A DNA stretch of 44,250 nucleotides from an uncultured Puia sp. (GCA_964658175.1 CAZZYD010000001.1:1-44250), one strand, 5' to 3'; positions 1 to 9,820 are shown, counted from the first letter of the stretch. The notes: generated by a model not told the origin, from the letters alone. Program-made: numbers and translations.

Positions 1-1
1 C

Positions 2-1228
2 GAAAAATTTACCCTCAGCAATGGGCTCCGGCTCATCGTTCATGAAGACAGTTCCACCCCGATGGCCGTACTGAATGTGATCTATGATGTGGGTGCCCGG
101 GATGAAAATCCTGACAAAACAGGTTTCGCCCATCTCTTTGAACACCTCATGTTTGGCGGGTCCATCAATATCAAAGACTTTGAAACGCCGCTGCAGCTCG
201 CCGGCGGCGAAAACAACGCTTTTACCACCAACGACCTCACCAATTATTACGTGCAGCTGCCGGTGGAAAATGTGGAAACGGCGTTCTGGCTGGAAAGCGA
301 CCGCATGTTATCGCTCGCCTTCAGCGAGAAAAGCCTGGATGTGCAGCGCAAAGTGGTTTCCGAAGAGTTCAAGGAACACTATATCAACCGACCTTACGGC
401 GATGTGTGGTTTAAACTGCGCGAACTCGCCTACCAGCATCATCCTTATCGCTGGATGACGATTGGAAAAAATCTCGCGCATATTGAACAGGCGCAGCTGA
501 CAGATGTAAAAGAATTCTTCTTCAAACACTATACGCCCGCCAATGCCATCCTCGTGGTTGCCGGAAATATCAAATCCGCGCAGGCCCATGAGCTGGCGGA
601 GAAATGGTTTGGAAATATCGCACCAGGACAAAAATATCAACGGAATATTCCGGCCGAGCCCGTGCAGACGGCTGCCCGTTTCCTTGAAATAAAAGCGGAT
701 GTTCCCCTGGATGCCCTGTACAAAGCCTATCATGTTCCCGACCGCATGTCTCCGGAATACCATGCCGTCGATCTGATGACAGAAGTACTTTCCGGTGGTG
801 GTTCATCGCGGCTTTACCAGGCCCTGATCAAAGAAAAAAAATTATTCAGCAGCATCGATTGCTACCAGACCGGGTCCACAGACAATGGCCTGCTCGTGAT
901 CGAAGGCAAGCTGATTAAAGGGGTTGATATGAAGGAAGCCAACCAGGCGATCGAAATCGAAATCGAGAAAATCCGGACGGCGAAAATTGAAGACAAAGAG
1001 CTGACCAAGGTGAAGAATAAAACGGAATCGTCCATCGTGTTTGAAGACATGAGCCTGATGAACCGCGCATCCAACCTGGCCATGTACGAATTGCTGGGCG
1101 ATGCCAGCCTGATGAATACGGAACTGGATAAATACAACGAGGTCACCGCCGAACAGATCCTGGAGGTGAGCGCAAAAATTTTCCGGGAAGAGAACACCAA
1201 TACTTTATTTTATTACAGCAATAATTAA
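2..1228 (+). CDS. M16 (pitrilysin/insulinase) family zinc peptidase, catalytic subunit; 5' end lies upstream of the window
   Basis: Frame is open from base 2 (EKFTLSNGLRLIVHED...); inverted zinc motif HxxEH (AHLFEHLMF), NAFTT motif and downstream catalytic E (VVSEE). Confidence 0.93.
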   Translation, partial: EKFTLSNGLRLIVHEDSSTPMAVLNVIYDVGARDENPDKTGFAHLFEHLMFGGSINIKDFETPLQLAGGENNAFTTNDLTNYYVQLPVENVETAFWLESDRMLSLAFSEKSLDVQRKVVSEEFKEHYINRPYGDVWFKLRELAYQHHPYRWMTIGKNLAHIEQAQLTDVKEFFFKHYTPANAILVVAGNIKSAQAHELAEKWFGNIAPGQKYQRNIPAEPVQTAARFLEIKADVPLDALYKAYHVPDRMSPEYHAVDLMTEVLSGGGSSRLYQALIKEKKLFSSIDCYQTGSTDNGLLVIEGKLIKGVDMKEANQAIEIEIEKIRTAKIEDKELTKVKNKTESSIVFEDMSLMNRASNLAMYELLGDASLMNTELDKYNEVTAEQILEVSAKIFREENTNTLFYYSNN

Positions 1229-2529
1229 TGCACAATAGCAGATCTATGTTGAACAGAAAGAAGGCACCCAGGATTATTGACGCAGCGGAATTTCAACTCG
1301 ATTTACCCCCGCACCAGAAACATACCCTCCGCAATGGGGTTGACCTCTACCTGGTGGACATGGGTACACAGGATACGTTAATGATCAACCTTATATTTTT
1401 TGCAGGAAACTGGTTTGAGGAAAAGAATCTGGTGGCGGCCTCCACCAATTTTTTGTTGAAGAACGGAACGAAAAAGAAAAGCGCCTTTGCGATCAACGAG
1501 CATTTCGAATACTATGGCGCCTATCTGAACCGGCATGCGCACCATGAAACGGCAGAGATCACACTCCACTGCATGAACAAGCATTCCGGGGAACTGTTGC
1601 CGGTGGTGGCGGAACTTCTCATGGAATCCACTTTCCCGCAGGATGAACTCGCGATCTACCAAAAGAACATGCAGCAGAAGCTGCGGGTGAACCTGGAAAA
1701 AAATGATTTTGTGGCCACCCGGCTGATCGAAGCGGCGCTGTTTGGCGAGGCGCATCCGTATGGCAGGTACAGCCAGCTTGAAGATTTTCAGGCATTGGAG
1801 CAGGAAGAGATCAAAGCCTTTCACAAAAAATATTATCAGGAAGGGCATTGCATCATTTTCGCTGCCGGCCGGTTGCCCAAGGATTTTGTCGAGCAGATGG
1901 AACACAATATCGGCAGCCTTCCATTGAAAGGATCACAAAAACCGGTGTTCACGGGTCACCCGATAATCCCTGCCAAAGAGAAAAAATATTCGGTCAGCAA
2001 TGATCCTGACGGCGTGCAGGGCGCCATCCGCATCGCGCGGAATTTCCCCAACCGCCACCATCCTGATTTTCAAAAAATGCAGGTGCTGAACAATCTCTTC
2101 GGGGGGTTCTTTGGCTCGCGACTGATGCTCAACATCCGCGAAGACAAAGGCTATACCTACGGCATTCACAGCTATATCCTGAATCTTTTACAGGAAACAG
2201 CCTTTATGGTGTCTACCGAAGCGGGTACCGAAGTTTCCGCTGCCACCATAAAAGAAGTGTATAAAGAAATGAAGCTGCTGCGCGATGAGCCCGTGGATGC
2301 GGAAGAATTGCAGGCGACCAAAAACTATATGATCGGCACGCTGCTGGGCGATCTGGACGGACCGTTTCATGTAGCCGGAAGATGGAAAAGCATTTTGCTG
2401 AATGACCTGGATGCCAATTATTTTTACCGCGGCATCGACACCATAAAAAATATTACGCCCCTCGAACTGCAGGAGCTTGCCAATAAATACCTGCAGCAGG
2501 AAGATTTTTATGAACTGGTGGTGGTCTAA
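1228..2529 (+). CDS. M16 family peptidase, non-catalytic partner subunit (alternative start 1246)
   Basis: M16-like sequence without HxxEH; C-terminal SRLMLNIREDKGYTY motif; TAATG overlap with the upstream gene. Confidence 0.88.
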   Translation: MHNSRSMLNRKKAPRIIDAAEFQLDLPPHQKHTLRNGVDLYLVDMGTQDTLMINLIFFAGNWFEEKNLVAASTNFLLKNGTKKKSAFAINEHFEYYGAYLNRHAHHETAEITLHCMNKHSGELLPVVAELLMESTFPQDELAIYQKNMQQKLRVNLEKNDFVATRLIEAALFGEAHPYGRYSQLEDFQALEQEEIKAFHKKYYQEGHCIIFAAGRLPKDFVEQMEHNIGSLPLKGSQKPVFTGHPIIPAKEKKYSVSNDPDGVQGAIRIARNFPNRHHPDFQKMQVLNNLFGGFFGSRLMLNIREDKGYTYGIHSYILNLLQETAFMVSTEAGTEVSAATIKEVYKEMKLLRDEPVDAEELQATKNYMIGTLLGDLDGPFHVAGRWKSILLNDLDANYFYRGIDTIKNITPLELQELANKYLQQEDFYELVVV

Positions 2530-2543
2530 CCGAAACCTGAAAG

Positions 2544-4529
2544 ATGCAATTCAACCGCAAAGATCTTTCCGCTCAACAGCTGCTCAGTCTTTACCGGGAA
2601 TTGTTGCGTCCCCGGATGATCGAGGAGAAAATGCTGGTCTATCTCCGGCAGGGAAGAATCAGCAAATGGTTTAGTGGCATCGGCCAGGAAGCTATTTCAA
2701 CGGGCGCGACGGCGGCGCTTTCGCCGGATGAATGGATCATGCCCCTCCACCGGAACCTCGGTGTGTTCACCGGAAGAAAAGTCCCGCTCGGAAAATTATT
2801 CCTGCAATGGCAGGGGAGTCGCGACGGTTTCAGCAAAGGCCGCGAGCGGAGTTTTCATTTCGGCTCCAAAGATCATTTCATCTGCGGCATGATCTCCCAC
2901 CTGGGACCACAACTGGCCGTGGCTGCCGGTACTTCACTGGCCTATGCTTTGCGAAAAGAACAGAAAGTCTCCCTGGCATTTACCGGTGAGGGCGGTACCA
3001 GCGAGGGAGACTTCCATGAGGCGCTCAACCTCGCCTCCGTATGGAACCTGCCCGTGATCTTCCTCATCGAAAACAATGGGTATGGGCTCAGCACGCCCAC
3101 CACGGAACAATACCGATGCGAGCAACTGATCGATAAAGGCAAAGGGTACGGCATCGAAGCCGTCCGGATCGATGGGAACAACGTGCTCACGGTATACGAC
3201 ACCATTCGCGGCGTGCGCGACTTTTGTATCCGCGAACAAAGGCCCTACCTCGTGGAATGCATGACCTTCCGGATGCGCGGTCATGAAGAGGCAAGCGGCA
3301 CAAAATACGTTCCGCCGGAAATGCTGGAAAAATGGGCCGCCCTCGACCCGATCGAACAGTACGAACGCTATCTCCAGGAAACGGGCATGCTGACCGATGA
3401 GGCAAAGGCATTCATCCGTCAGGAAATTCAGACGGACATTGATGAGGCTTTGCAGCTGGAGGAAAAAATCATGGTCCCGGATACCGCCGCCGAACTCGCT
3501 GATCTGTATGCGCCCGGCCCAAGGGTGATCGCGCCTGAATCTGCCGAGACGGCGGGCAGCACTGCTCCCCAAAAAAGGCTTATCGACGGCATTCAGGAAG
3601 GCTTGTTTCAAAGCATGGAACAACATCCGAACCTGATCCTCATGGGACAGGATATCGCCGCCTATGGAGGCGCTTTTAAGATCACCGAAGGCTTTTTACA
3701 GGCTTTCGGTCCTGAACGGGTGCGGAATACGCCGCTTTGCGAAAGTGCGGTGATCGGAGCGGCGCTGGGATTGAGCCTCGAAGGATTTAAATCCGTGGTC
3801 GAAATGCAGTTTGCTGATTTTGCCACCGCCGGTTTCAACCAGATCGTGAACAACCTCGCTAAAATTCATTACCGGTGGGGACAGCAAGCCGATACGGTGA
3901 TCCGCATGCCTACCGGCGCAGGCGTCGGGGCCGGACCCTTTCATTCCCAAAGCAACGAAGCCTGGTTTACCCATACACCCGGACTAAAATGTGTTTATCC
4001 TTCCAATCCGGCAGATGCCAAAGGCCTCCTCATCGCCGCCATCAACGACCCGAACCCGGTGTTGTTCTTTGAACACAAAGGACTATACCGGAGTGTACAC
4101 GGTCCATTGCCGGCCGCTTACTTTTCCATCGAAATCGGCAAGGCCCGCCTGGTGCAGGAGGGCAGCGACATCAGCATCATCACGTATGGCGCCGGTGTCT
4201 CCTGGGCGCAGGAATATGCGGCGCAGCATATGGATACCTCGTTTTATATCCTCGACCTGCGCACCCTGCTGCCGCTGGATTACCCGTCCATCCGCACCGC
4301 CGTGGAAAAAACGGGCAAAGTGCTTGTGCTCCATGAGGACGTGCTAACCGGCGGGATTGGATCGGATATCAGTGCCTGGATCGGCGAACACTGTTTTGAA
4401 TGCCTGGATGCACCGGTGATCCGTTGCGCCTCGCTTGACACGCCGGTTCCGTTCAACAGCGAACTCGAAAAAAACTTTCTTGCCAAGTCCAGGCTGCACC
4501 AGGCGGTGCAGCAATTAATTCAGTACTAA
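2544..4529 (+). CDS. 2-oxoacid dehydrogenase E1 alpha/beta fusion (branched-chain type likely)
   Basis: ThDP motif TGEGGTSEG...ENNGY, RMRGHEE loop, beta-domain NTPLCES/EMQFADF and GPFHSQS motifs. Confidence 0.92.
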   Translation: MQFNRKDLSAQQLLSLYRELLRPRMIEEKMLVYLRQGRISKWFSGIGQEAISTGATAALSPDEWIMPLHRNLGVFTGRKVPLGKLFLQWQGSRDGFSKGRERSFHFGSKDHFICGMISHLGPQLAVAAGTSLAYALRKEQKVSLAFTGEGGTSEGDFHEALNLASVWNLPVIFLIENNGYGLSTPTTEQYRCEQLIDKGKGYGIEAVRIDGNNVLTVYDTIRGVRDFCIREQRPYLVECMTFRMRGHEEASGTKYVPPEMLEKWAALDPIEQYERYLQETGMLTDEAKAFIRQEIQTDIDEALQLEEKIMVPDTAAELADLYAPGPRVIAPESAETAGSTAPQKRLIDGIQEGLFQSMEQHPNLILMGQDIAAYGGAFKITEGFLQAFGPERVRNTPLCESAVIGAALGLSLEGFKSVVEMQFADFATAGFNQIVNNLAKIHYRWGQQADTVIRMPTGAGVGAGPFHSQSNEAWFTHTPGLKCVYPSNPADAKGLLIAAINDPNPVLFFEHKGLYRSVHGPLPAAYFSIEIGKARLVQEGSDISIITYGAGVSWAQEYAAQHMDTSFYILDLRTLLPLDYPSIRTAVEKTGKVLVLHEDVLTGGIGSDISAWIGEHCFECLDAPVIRCASLDTPVPFNSELEKNFLAKSRLHQAVQQLIQY

Positions 4530-4540
4530 TATTCCGGCAC

Positions 4541-4894
4541 ATGGATATCGAATACCTCCGCAAATATTGCCTGGCAATGAAGAGCTGCACAGAATCTTTT
4601 CCTTTCGGTGATGAAGTGCTTGTTTTTAAGGTGGAAAATAAAATATTTCTGCTGGCGAGGCTTGATGGGGCGCCACTGGTGATTTCCCTGAAAGCGGATC
4701 CGGAACAGGCGGTGGAATGGCGCGAACGATACGATGCGGTACAGCCGGCCTGGCATATGAATAAAAAACACTGGAATATGGTTCGCCTCGATGGTTCGGT
4801 GCCATTGCTGATCGTCCAGGGCATGATCGACGACTCCTATCAGCTGGTCGTACAATCGCTGCCCGCGGCCTTGCGGAAAAAACTTCAGCAATAG
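4541..4894 (+). CDS. MmcQ/YjbR family DNA-binding protein
   Basis: ESFPFG..VLVFKV..KIF and PAWHMNKKHWN signature. Confidence 0.9.
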   Translation: MDIEYLRKYCLAMKSCTESFPFGDEVLVFKVENKIFLLARLDGAPLVISLKADPEQAVEWRERYDAVQPAWHMNKKHWNMVRLDGSVPLLIVQGMIDDSYQLVVQSLPAALRKKLQQ

Positions 4895-4896
4895 AT

Positions 4897-5469
4897 TTAC
4901 TGGTAGTACCGGTTTTCTTCGATTTCTTTTCTTACCACGTCGGGTACTAAATAGCGAATGGATTTCCCCGCTTGTATCGTCTTACGGATATGGGTAGCCG
5001 AAATCTGAAGCAGGGGGGCCTTTAATACGGTGACTCTTGCTTCCGGATAGGCGGGGATTTTTTCATACCCTGCCCGGATATAAATATAAAGACTGTATTC
5101 TTTGATCAGCTGCAGGTAGTTTTTCCAATTCGACAGGTTTTGAAAACTGTCGCTACCCATGATGACGGAAAAATGATGCTGCGGATATTTTTCTGCCAGG
5201 TAAGTGAGGGTGTCGATGGTATAGGATGGCCTCGGTAGCTTGAATTCGATATCGGAAGCTTTCAGGTTTTTTTCCCCGTCGATCGATGCTTTTACTAAAA
5301 ACAGGCGGTGGTATTCGTTGAGCAGGCCCGCGGAGGGTTTCAGCGGATTTTGGGGTGAGATGACAAACCAGACCTGGTCCAGGCTGCTCTCCTGAAGCAT
5401 GAAATTGGCGATGATGAGGTGGCCGTGATGAATGGGATTAAAGGAACCGAAATAAAGTCCAATATTCAT
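4897..5469 (-). CDS. nadD: nicotinate-nucleotide adenylyltransferase
   Basis: FGSFNPIHHGH (HxGH), PSYTIDTL, IMGSDS and ISATHIR motifs. Confidence 0.96.
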   Translation of the reverse strand: MNIGLYFGSFNPIHHGHLIIANFMLQESSLDQVWFVISPQNPLKPSAGLLNEYHRLFLVKASIDGEKNLKASDIEFKLPRPSYTIDTLTYLAEKYPQHHFSVIMGSDSFQNLSNWKNYLQLIKEYSLYIYIRAGYEKIPAYPEARVTVLKAPLLQISATHIRKTIQAGKSIRYLVPDVVRKEIEENRYYQ

Positions 5470-5492
5470 GCAATAAGATGTAAATCAATTGA

Positions 5493-5723
5493 TTATACAA
5501 ATAATTGGTCGACGAAGATATTGTCAGCCTCATCCAGGCGCAGGCTGAGCTGGTAGCCGGCAACAGCGATGGAGATCGGATCTCCCAGTGGGGCAATTTT
5601 CTCCACCTTCACAATTTCTCCGGGAACGCAACCCATTTCCATCAGTTTTAGAAACACATCATTCTTTTCAAAAGAATGGATCACTGCCCTGCTGCCGCTT
5701 TTTAATTCCGAGAGTCTTATCAT
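5493..5723 (-). CDS. feoA: ferrous iron transport protein A (SH3-like FeoA domain)
   Basis: KLMEMGCVPG...APLGDPI...LSLR FeoA signature, 76 aa. Confidence 0.9.
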   Translation of the reverse strand: MIRLSELKSGSRAVIHSFEKNDVFLKLMEMGCVPGEIVKVEKIAPLGDPISIAVAGYQLSLRLDEADNIFVDQLFV

Positions 5724-5728
5724 CAGAA

Positions 5729-5736
5729 CAAATGTA
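5729..5736 (-). promoter_or_regulatory. Bacteroidota -7 promoter element (TACATTTG) for feoA
   Basis: Matches TAnnTTTG, 5 nt upstream of the feoA ATG. Confidence 0.6.
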
Positions 5737-5776
5737 GTTTGGTAAATCCATATCGCTTTACGATTTTCGGAATCAA

Positions 5777-6247
5777 ATGCAGCAGCAGATATCCCCCATT
5801 GAGTTCCATTACCAAACGCGCAACTTCTCCCTGGCCGAGAGAAACCGCCTGAAAGCCTTTATTCCAGACATTTTCCGGTCATATCGCAAGGCTTTTGTCG
5901 GATGCCGCTTCATCTTCTGTTCGGACCCATACGTTTTAGATCTTAACCGCTCTTTCCTTAAACACGACTACCTGACCGATATTCTTACGTTCAGGCTGTC
6001 TGAACCCGACGCCCCCATTGAGGGAGAAATTTATATCAGTATTGACCGGGTGCGGGAAAATGCCCGAAGCTTTGCACAACCTTTCTACCGGGAGCTTCAC
6101 CGGGTCGTGTTTCACGGCTGTTTACATCTCTGCGGTTTGCGGGATAAATCAAAAACGGATCAGGTGGTCATGCGCAAGGCCGAAGAAACATGGCTTCGCA
6201 GATATTTTGTTCCACGGGCAACAGTTTCATCTGGAAACATCAGCTGA
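5777..6247 (+). CDS. ybeY: rRNA maturation RNase YbeY
   Basis: LNRSFLKHDYLTDILTF, GEIYIS and ELHRVVFHGCLHLCG motifs. Confidence 0.92.
   Translation: MQQQISPIEFHYQTRNFSLAERNRLKAFIPDIFRSYRKAFVGCRFIFCSDPYVLDLNRSFLKHDYLTDILTFRLSEPDAPIEGEIYISIDRVRENARSFAQPFYRELHRVVFHGCLHLCGLRDKSKTDQVVMRKAEETWLRRYFVPRATVSSGNIS
6208..6241. repeat. left copy of a 34-bp inverted repeat (parS-like 16-mer plus GTTTCA-N3-GGAAAC)
   Basis: TGTTCCACGGGCAACAGTTTCATCTGGAAACATC; 29/34 identical to the reverse complement of 6858-6891. Confidence 0.85.
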
Positions 6248-6845
6248 ATTTCTTCAAAAACGCCTTTTCTGCCAGTATATCTTCCAGCGCCTTGCCCTGA
6301 TTTAAGGCAGTTAATTCTGCCGCATCAAGCTGTTGGATTTCGAAGATATGCTGTTTCTGTTCTTGCAGATAGGTAATTGCCCGCTGTTGGCGTCCGGCGT
6401 CCCGGTCCGTCTGCGTCGACAACCGGGTGAGCATATTCGCAGCCATCTGATTTTCCGAAGTCTGAAACACCCGCGTAAAATATTCTTTCAATTCAAATCC
6501 CACGAGGTCGTCTGACGCATCGCCCAGCGCCTTTGGCCGAATATTGATGAAGTTCCAGCAAATGCGAAGATCCGCTTCCTGGGTAAAATCGAAAAGAGAT
6601 ACCGGGACCAGGTGATCAAACTGCCAGGCGTCCGAGAAGTTATCCCAGTTCATGTCCGGTTTGAATTGAATCGAAATCCATTCCCGCAGGCTGGCAACAT
6701 CAAGCCCGAAATACGTTGCATAGGCCAGGCTTTGTGTTTCGCCCATAATATAGCGCCGAAAGGCGATCTGCCATTTCCTTTTTAAGCGGAGTTGGTTCAG
6801 TTCGGTTGAATCGCCTGACTGAGCCGTCCATTTTTTACGGGTCAT
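6240..6845 (-). CDS. hypothetical protein with a degenerate HNH (beta-beta-alpha-metal)-like motif
   Basis: 201-aa ATG ORF filling the ybeY-mnmG gap; QFKPDMNWDNF..WQFDHLVPVSLFDF....LRICWNFINIRP resembles viral/phage HNH-type endonuclease motifs. Confidence 0.75.
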   Translation of the reverse strand: MTRKKWTAQSGDSTELNQLRLKRKWQIAFRRYIMGETQSLAYATYFGLDVASLREWISIQFKPDMNWDNFSDAWQFDHLVPVSLFDFTQEADLRICWNFINIRPKALGDASDDLVGFELKEYFTRVFQTSENQMAANMLTRLSTQTDRDAGRQQRAITYLQEQKQHIFEIQQLDAAELTALNQGKALEDILAEKAFLKKFS

Positions 6846-6857
6846 GCTTGAAAATAC

Positions 6858-6891
6858 GATGTTTCAATGTGAAACTGTGTCCCGTGGAACA
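6858..6891. repeat. right copy of the 34-bp inverted repeat (GTTTCA-N3-TGAAAC plus parS-like 16-mer)
   Basis: GATGTTTCAATGTGAAACTGTGTCCCGTGGAACA; inverted match to 6208-6241. Confidence 0.85.
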
Positions 6892-6921
6892 GTTTTTCCG
6901 TTGAGAGCCGAATGTTTCAAG

Positions 6922-6929
6922 TAATTTTG
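6922..6929 (+). promoter_or_regulatory. -7 promoter element (TAATTTTG) for mnmG
   Basis: TAnnTTTG 7 nt before the ATG; TTG at 6901-6903 is a possible -33 element. Confidence 0.6.
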
Positions 6930-6936
6930 GAGCACA

Positions 6937-8808
6937 ATGAAAAACAAGTTTCCAGCATATGATGTGATCGTGGTGGGGGGTGGTCATGCCGGTTGTGAAG
7001 CAGCCGCAGCGGCCGCAAACATGGGTTCGTCGGTGTTGCTGGTAACTATGAATTTGCAAACCATCGCGCAGATGAGTTGCAATCCGGCCATGGGTGGGGT
7101 GGCCAAAGGTCAGATCGTGCGGGAAATCGACGCCATGGGAGGATATTCCGGTATTGTGACGGATAAGAGTATGATCCAGTTTCGGATGCTGAACCGATCC
7201 AAAGGACCCGCTATGTGGAGTCCGAGAGCCCAAAATGACCGGATGCTGTTTGCCAGCACCTGGCGGGAAATGCTGGAACAAACCCCCAATGTTGAATTTT
7301 ACCAGGATATGGTCAACGGCCTGATCATCGAATCCGGCGTGGTCTGTGGGGTCGTCACCGGACTCGGGAATCGAATCCGTTCGAAAGCAGTGGTGTTGAC
7401 CAATGGTACCTTTCTGAATGGCATCATCCATATCGGTGAAAAGCAATTTGGTGGCGGACGAATGGCAGAAAAAGCAGCCACCGGCATCACGGAACAATTG
7501 GTCCGGGCTGGCTTTGAAAGCAATCGGCTGAAAACTGGTACGCCGCCGAGGATCGACGGCCGAAGCCTGGATTATTCAAAAATGGAAGAACAGAAAGGGG
7601 ATGAAGAAATCGTCGGTTTTTCCTTCCTTGACGTACCGAAACCCGAAAAACAGAAAAGCTGCTGGATCACGTATACCAATCCGGCAGTACATGACATTCT
7701 CAAAACAGGGTTTGACAGGAGTCCGATGTTCGCCGGCAGAATTGATGGCATCGGTCCGAGATACTGCCCCAGCATAGAAGATAAACTCAACCGTTTTGCA
7801 GATAAAGACCGCCACCAGCTATTTGTTGAGCCGGAGGGGTGGAACACGATTGAAATCTACCTGAACGGATTTTCTACCTCTTTACCGGAAGATGTTCAAT
7901 ACGAAGCGCTTCGTATGATCCCTGGATTTGCCAATTTCCGGCCATTCAGGCCCGGATATGCCATAGAATACGATTATTTTCCTCCAACCCAGCTCACGCA
8001 CAGTCTCGAAACCAAATTAATCCCGAATTTATTCTTCGCGGGTCAGATCAATGGGACTACCGGCTATGAGGAAGCTGCCTGCCAGGGACTCATGGCGGGC
8101 ATCAATGCGCATCAAAAAGTCAATAATCTGGAGCCGGTAATCCTGGCCAGAAGTGAAGCATATATCGGCGTACTGATCGACGACCTGATCAGCAAGGGGA
8201 CGGAAGAGCCATACCGCATGTTTACCTCCCGGGCTGAATTCAGAACGCTACTTAGGCAGGACAATGCCGACCTACGCCTGACCGAAAAAAGCCATCAAAT
8301 AGGCCTCGCGTCCAAAGAACGGCTTGAAAAAGTGCAGGAAAAACAGCGGGACGTCGAATCTATCAAGAAAGTGTTGTCGCTCTATTCAATCGATCCGCTG
8401 GCGGCGGAAGGATATCTTGCGAGCCAGCAATCATCCCCGCTTCTTCAAAAACAAAGGGCACACAACCTGCTTTTAAGGCCCGATGTAGACCTGCCGTCTT
8501 TATTAAGGGGAATTCCCGCGCTCGGCCAGGAACTGTCGCGATTCAGTTCCTATGCCCTCGAGCAGGCAGAGATCCAGGTTAAATACGATGTGTACATCAA
8601 CAAAGAGCGGGAACTGGTTCAAAAAGTGTCGCAGCTGGAAAACCTGATGATTCCCGAGCAATTCGATTACAACACGGTCAATTCTTTATCCACCGAGGCG
8701 CTCATGAAGTTTAAAAAGATCCGGCCGAGAACGCTTGGACAGGCCAGCCGCATCAGCGGTGTAAATCCATCTGACATTCAGATCCTCCTGGTTTATATGG
8801 GTCGGTAA
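6937..8808 (+). CDS. mnmG: tRNA uridine-5-carboxymethylaminomethyl(34) synthesis enzyme MnmG (GidA)
   Basis: GGGHAGCEAA, MSCNPAMGG, LKTGTPPR, GPRYCPSIEDK, GQINGTTGYEEAA and EPYRMFTSRAE motifs. Confidence 0.98.
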   Translation: MKNKFPAYDVIVVGGGHAGCEAAAAAANMGSSVLLVTMNLQTIAQMSCNPAMGGVAKGQIVREIDAMGGYSGIVTDKSMIQFRMLNRSKGPAMWSPRAQNDRMLFASTWREMLEQTPNVEFYQDMVNGLIIESGVVCGVVTGLGNRIRSKAVVLTNGTFLNGIIHIGEKQFGGGRMAEKAATGITEQLVRAGFESNRLKTGTPPRIDGRSLDYSKMEEQKGDEEIVGFSFLDVPKPEKQKSCWITYTNPAVHDILKTGFDRSPMFAGRIDGIGPRYCPSIEDKLNRFADKDRHQLFVEPEGWNTIEIYLNGFSTSLPEDVQYEALRMIPGFANFRPFRPGYAIEYDYFPPTQLTHSLETKLIPNLFFAGQINGTTGYEEAACQGLMAGINAHQKVNNLEPVILARSEAYIGVLIDDLISKGTEEPYRMFTSRAEFRTLLRQDNADLRLTEKSHQIGLASKERLEKVQEKQRDVESIKKVLSLYSIDPLAAEGYLASQQSSPLLQKQRAHNLLLRPDVDLPSLLRGIPALGQELSRFSSYALEQAEIQVKYDVYINKERELVQKVSQLENLMIPEQFDYNTVNSLSTEALMKFKKIRPRTLGQASRISGVNPSDIQILLVYMGR

Positions 8809-8809
8809 A

Positions 8810-9820
8810 TTACAAACCGTATTGCCGGCTGATCTCCAGCATCCGGTCGATCGGTTTTCTCGCAGCATCCAGCAATCCCCGGTCCATTAGAATTTCTGGC
8901 AGCTCATACTCCATGCTCAGGTATAATTTCTCCAGCGTATTGCGCTTCATATGCGGACAATCATTGCAGAGGCAGTTGGTTTCTGGGGGAGCGGGGATGA
9001 ATGTTTTTTCGGGAGAGCTCAGTTCCATCTGGTGTAGGATTCCGGATTCTGTTCCGACGATGAATTCCGTGGCAGGATTGGTTTGCGTATATTTCAACAG
9101 ACCGGTGGTAGAACCGATATAATCAGCCATGCGCAACACGGGTTCTTCACATTCAGGGTGCGCGATGAATTTGGCATTCGGATGACGGATTTTCAGATTG
9201 ATGATCTTTTGCACACTGAAAATTTCGTGCACCATACAGGCGCCATTCCAGAGCAGCATATCCCTGCCTGTTTTCTTTACCAGGAAGGCACCGAGGTTTT
9301 TGTCAGGCGCAAAAATAATTTTCTGATCCTTTGGCAGACTATCGATGATCTTTTCTGCGTTGGAGGACGTGCAGATGATATCGCTGAGCGCTTTGATTTC
9401 GGCTGTGCAGTTGATGTAAGAGATCACCAGGTGATCAGGATGTTTTTCTTTGAAAGCCTTGAACAGCGGCATCGGCGCGGAGTCGGCCAGAGAGCAGCCG
9501 GCTTTTAGATCCGGCAGCAGTACCTTCTTATCCGGGTTGAGGATCTTGGCGGTCTCTGCCATGAAATGTACCCCGGCGAACACGATGATACTCGCTGTTG
9601 TCTTGGCCGCTTCCTGGGCAAGCTGGAGGCTGTCACCGATAAAGTCGGCCACATCCTGAATATCCGGATTCTGGTAATAGTGCGCAAGCACGACGGCGTT
9701 CTTCTCTTTTTTGAGTCTTTCGATTTCGGCAAACAGATCAAGCGAAGGATCCACCGCGACGTCAAGAAAACCATTCCGGTCGATATTCATTTTCGCTTTC
9801 TCGATGTTAATAACCTCCAT
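8810..9820 (-). CDS. nadA: quinolinate synthase
   Basis: [44 protein letters not shown] and CPHMK motifs. Confidence 0.97.
   Translation of the reverse strand: MEVINIEKAKMNIDRNGFLDVAVDPSLDLFAEIERLKKEKNAVVLAHYYQNPDIQDVADFIGDSLQLAQEAAKTTASIIVFAGVHFMAETAKILNPDKKVLLPDLKAGCSLADSAPMPLFKAFKEKHPDHLVISYINCTAEIKALSDIICTSSNAEKIIDSLPKDQKIIFAPDKNLGAFLVKKTGRDMLLWNGACMVHEIFSVQKIINLKIRHPNAKFIAHPECEEPVLRMADYIGSTTGLLKYTQTNPATEFIVGTESGILHQMELSSPEKTFIPAPPETNCLCNDCPHMKRNTLEKLYLSMEYELPEILMDRGLLDAARKPIDRMLEISRQYGL

Noticed and set aside
2544-4529. E1 alpha/beta fusion without E2/E3 as a novelty
   Set aside because: Fused, dispersed E1 genes are ordinary in Bacteroidota.
6085-6150. YbeY lacking the third His of the HxxxHxxxxxH motif as a sign of inactivation
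   Set aside because: From recall, an Asp-containing variant (HG.LHL.G..D) is usual in Bacteroidota YbeY, so it is not evidence of decay.
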